From Diadema antillarum (taxonomy: Eukaryota), in contig NW_027271492.1 in assembly GCF_040938485.1 (NCBI RefSeq), positions 1,984,001 through 2,048,000 on the forward strand: a stretch of 64,000 nt of DNA, written 5' to 3'. The position numbers and the translations under genes were made by a program. Positions 60,973-64,000 of this stretch are shown piece after piece. Position 1 is the first letter of the stretch. Every line of letters begins with the position of its first letter. The notes under the pieces are model-generated. The model saw only the letters and a list, made by a program, of their open reading frames with translations, did not search any database and was not told the origin of the DNA.

Positions 60973-63441
60973 TTAATCTTTTTTGTAAACAGGCTAGATA
61001 TTTTGACCCGAACACCGGTGGACGGGGCTATACGTGGCCTTGGACATTGTTTGGCCGACAATTGTATGCATTTTACTGGCGTTTAACCTGTCGGTCTAAT
61101 ACCCCTTTGTAACAGACGGTTTGATCCTTTATTCCTTCTTTATGTGACATGGAGCCGCGGGGAAGGAGAAACGCGCATAGTACTTAGATACAGTCATAAT
61201 ATTCAGATTAAGTTACCTTCGTGAGATAAATTTGCATTACATGAGTATACGTGTGTTTGTAAGCGTCTGAGCATCACCTATGACTATGGATGCAATTGAA
61301 CTATTTCAATTTCATTGACGCAGCAAACCACGGGAAGTGCAAACAGATAATGATGTTATACCATGGTTGAGAGAAGGCCGATAGACTCCAGGTTTGAGTG
61401 GAGCCGTGATTAAATCATCCGGGTAGACCACGTGACCACATAAAGAGGAACGTTCTGCCCGCACACTCGACCTCAGGTCCCCGGGTTCGAGCACCCTGGC
61501 TGCAGCGAGTGTGCCTCTTGGCAGGGCACTTTATCCCCCTCATTGCCAAGTCCCTCGGGATAATTATGCCCCCCCCCCCCCCCCCCCCCCCCTGCTGCTT
61601 ACAGCTCGATTCCTTCTTTACTGACGATTTAACTTCGTACAATGTCTATAACTGAGCTTTTAAAGTGTATCCTTAAAGGGTTACAGTGTTGAGTGATAGC
61701 ATCATAATAGATCGACATGATAATTTAGAATTGGACTGACGTGGTAAGACTTTGAGACTGGTGTTAGAAGGTAAGACTGGTGGTATCAATTTATTTTGAG
61801 ACTTACACTAGAGGCGTGACGTCACTCCAAAGGGTGAAAGCCTCCCTCAGATCATACCGGACTTGGGCCTGGCTGATGTTCGACTTGGGTCCGGGGTAGT
61901 TGATGATGCGGTACGTTAGCGTGTTCCTGTTCCACCTGTAGTTGCCGCCGGCGACACTGTAGCGTCGCTTCCGCGCCGCCACCCCCGTCGTTTCGCTCGT
62001 ATCGACCTGCTCCTGGAGATCGGGGTCCGGCATGCCGCACCGACTTTGTCCCATTATTTGCACGGTCTCCTCGTCCAGCTCGCCGGTGGGTTCGATGTTG
62101 GCGTACACCTGCAGTTTCTGCACGGCGCGAACGAATTTGTCGCTCTCGAACGTCTCCCCCGCCGTCTTGCCCGGCTCAATGTCGTCTTGCCCTAGGTAAC
62201 CATACCCCGTGAAGAATTTCTGTAGTCGTGAAGGAGGAGAGTCAGCACAAAAGAGCACAATAAAGACATATGCCAATAAAGCTCTGTATTTTACTCATCA
62301 ATAATTATGTCGAGATCGAAGACCTCACGACAGGCAGTTCTATTTCTATTATACTATGTAAAGTTTTTCATACCTGCATGGTATCGAGGTTACATACACT
62401 AGGTGTTGCTATGCTTGGCAAGCTTCAGACAAGCTCGATTGTTGCCAGGAACGCGTTCTTTTTTAAATGTTTGTCTAAGAACATGTTACAAACGGGTCTT
62501 TTCGAAACAATATCAGTGTGATCAAACAAGTTGATTTTTCATAATGTATAACATTATAATTTTCAGAGTTGCAAATGCTCTTGAAACACCTCCCTTGAAT
62601 AATGCAGATAAAGGGAAAAGCAATTCACTGCACAGCAGAACCCGTGCACCCAGTCTCAATTTTGCATTTTGTTGCGATATATGATGTTCCATCATGGTTC
62701 GATATAATAAAGGCTGAATGATACAACCCAGTTTTACTGTCATCCGACACGCAATAAAAGCACGTGACTTTCATTTATCCGCAGAGCATTCATGTGTTCT
62801 TGCACTTCAGAACGTGACGCCAAGCATTTTCCTGTTTGATATGACGAGACTCAATTAAAGCTCAGTCCGCTCACATATAGGAAACGATATCGTAGTGAAG
62901 ACAATAAACGAACAAATGCGAGAATACTGTACGTTCTTTAGCAGTTTGGATTTCATAGTAAACAATGGCCAGCATGATAACGAAAGAGACGGAAAATTTT
63001 TATTTTAGCCCCGTTCTTTGATACAATGAACACACACACGCACACACACACACACACGCTTAACTGTACTTGAATTTTTACGCAAATCAATTGAAATAAT
63101 CGTCAGTTCCTTTCATTTTTAAAAAGAATACTTGCATAAGCGTAATCAAAAGCAGTTTGCTTTTTTTATATATCTTCCTAAGAGAAACGGAAAAGTGAGA
63201 ATTGAGAAGTTTCAATGAAACAAACAATCCAGAATAAATGTAACAACACACACAAAAAAAAACAACTTATGAACAAACAAACTTACAAACAAACAAGCAA
63301 ACAGTATGTGCTTACCAAACTTGTAGCCAGTTTGGCTTCGTCAGTTTCTGGAACAGGCGCTCCACTCACGCCTGCCGTCACGAGAAAAAGTAGTAATAAA
63401 GAGAAAATTGATGGCGCTGCTGAACTTCTGTTCCCTGCCAT
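44942..63441 (-). CDS. Matrix metalloproteinase (M10A matrixin): signal peptide, pro-domain with cysteine switch and furin site, catalytic domain, Thr/Pro hinge, four-blade hemopexin; 8 exons, 537 aa
   Basis: SRCGMPD cysteine switch; RKRR; AHAF...[20 protein letters not shown] zinc motif; SLMWP Met-turn; hemopexin bounded by Cys in PPYC and ILGC. Exon lengths sum to 1614 nt and all junctions are GT-AG and in phase. Orthology cannot be assigned by eye. Confidence 0.96.
45691..45945 (-). CDS. MMP exon 7 (hemopexin)
   Basis: ARKKWVYDGTTLIEGP...VNAALYDRASGKTYLFKGSKVWLYD...IEAAFSFY; aaacag| and |gtaagg. Confidence 0.94.
46636..46816 (-). CDS. MMP exon 6 (hemopexin)
   Basis: NERLWRFRPR...YFFQGLKRGIKTVYERQDGRIVFIK; cacgaag| and |gtacgc. 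Confidence 0.9.
47153..47295 (-). CDS. MMP exon 5 (hinge, hemopexin blade 1 start)
   Basis: GKHPFADLETTTVAPTTTPTIPPVIVPPYCNTTIDAVSDIRGTVMVFK; ttatag| and |gtacat. Confidence 0.93.
48658..48816 (-). CDS. MMP exon 4 (HExGHxxGxxH, Met-turn)
   Basis: [35 protein letters not shown]...LDDRLGIQVIY; ccttcag| and |gtaagt. Confidence 0.96.
50073..50275 (-). CDS. MMP exon 3 (catalytic; structural Zn/Ca loops)
   Basis: FVEIFEGRADIELLFGSRRHTEVYGDPAFDGEGGTLAHAFTP...[12 protein letters not shown]; catcag| and |gtaaat. Confidence 0.95.
57825..57990 (-). mobile_element. Possible decayed L2/CR1-type reverse-transcriptase fragment
   Basis: STAFISLHFMILIQCL...LSTYCLRDNK loosely resembles AFDTIDHxILLQRL...LxSYLSDRKQ; weak. 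Confidence 0.3.
58410..58478. repeat. (TATC)/(TACC)n microsatellite
   Basis: Read directly. Confidence 0.95.
58479..58769. mobile_element. 291-bp near-perfect palindromic element inserted in a (TATC)n tract
   Basis: Arms of about 141 bp are reverse complements around a ~10-nt loop at 58620-58629; internal GAGTGAA repeats. Confidence 0.85.
60925..60968. repeat. (TA)n microsatellite
   Basis: Read directly. Confidence 0.95.
61440..61560 (+). mobile_element. tRNA-derived SINE, same family, partial
   Basis: B box GGGTTCGAG at 61483; aligns by eye to 22276-22456 (gaggtccc.ggttc...ctgcag...gtgcc..ggca.gg..tttatcc.cattg). Confidence 0.65.
61807..62219 (-). CDS. MMP exon 2 (pro-domain, furin site, start of catalytic domain)
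   Basis: KFFTGYGYL...TGELDEETVQIMGQSRCGMPD...RKRRYSVAGGNYRWNRNTLTYRI...AFTLWSDVTPL; ctacag| and GT|gtaagt. Confidence 0.95.
63316..63441 (-). CDS. MMP exon 1 (signal peptide)
   Basis: MAGNRSSAAPSIFSLLLLFLVTAGVSGAPVPETDEAKLATSL; aaaATGG; |gtaagc. Confidence 0.9.
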
Positions 63442-63824
63442 TTTGCAATCTGTTTTTATCGAGTCAGTAATCTCACAAAAGAAGACGAAATTTTACTTCC
63501 AGATCAAAATGGAAGAAGGATGCAGAAATAGAGGTGCTTCGATAGCCCCTTTCTGTCCTTTGATGTAACTGGTGGTTAGTCGTCTGTTTTGAAAGATATG
63601 TCCGTGCGAAGTTTGTCTCCTAATTATTGATTGATAAAAATCCCACCGTCCTTGTGTTCACTGTTTCTTGCTGTTAACGTGAGCTGAGCTGCCTCTGTGG
63701 CGTGTCGTGATGCTTGCCGTGAACTCACATTTGCTTCTGCTTTGACAACAGCACTTCAACTAGACACAAACGTTTTCGTTTGCGAGTCAGTACGCTTCTT
63801 ACTCCATTTCACATGTGCAGTCGT

Positions 63825-63860
63825 ATTTATAAGAACCAAGGAGTGACATCATTGCAAAAT
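63825..63860 (-). promoter_or_regulatory. Candidate MMP core promoter: TATAAAT (63831-63825), CRE/AP-1-like TGACATCA (63844-63851) and C/EBP-like TTGCAAAAT (63852-63860)
   Basis: Motifs read directly about 390 nt upstream of the ATG; no transcript evidence. Confidence 0.45.
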
Positions 63861-64000
63861 TATGAGCGGTGCGCGGTGGCGGTTTTCTCGTGGGCTTCCT
63901 ACAAAGGCAACTAAACGTTCGCTCAGGCAGACTCAGGTTCTTGCGTGTGATTCGTGCATGTGCTGAGCATGCGCACAAGTTATACACGGGACCCCCCCCC

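Overview
This is AT-rich, intron-rich animal genomic DNA. A marine invertebrate deuterostome such as a sea urchin is my inference from gene similarity and repeat families, not something proven. Three spliced genes can be reconstructed by hand with consistent GT-AG sites and reading phase. (1) BTAF1/Mot1 (TBP-associated SNF2 ATPase), minus strand: 18 coding exons from the ATG at 20683 down to 129, about 800 N-terminal residues (HEAT region), running off the left edge. (2) NOL12/Rrp17, plus strand: 5 exons, 30490-39046, 242 aa, head-to-head with BTAF1 across a CpG-rich region. (3) A complete secreted, furin-activatable matrix metalloproteinase with four hemopexin blades, minus strand: 8 exons, 63441-44942, 537 aa. 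Introns are full of non-autonomous DNA transposons (piggyBac-, Kolobok-, pogo-, Harbinger-, Mutator- and hAT-like MITEs), tRNA-derived SINEs, microsatellites and two assembly gaps. I found no prokaryotic system, CRISPR array or RNA gene. The most unusual observations are: NOL12 splice sites that abut or depend on transposon termini, including a U12-like branch sequence formed by a MITE end; a 2.8-kb composite element carrying a 71-bp satellite array; overlapping uORFs and a candidate poison exon at the start of BTAF1; and an insertion in the MMP structural-zinc loop. All coordinates were read by eye, and family assignments rest on remembered consensus sequences rather than database searches.
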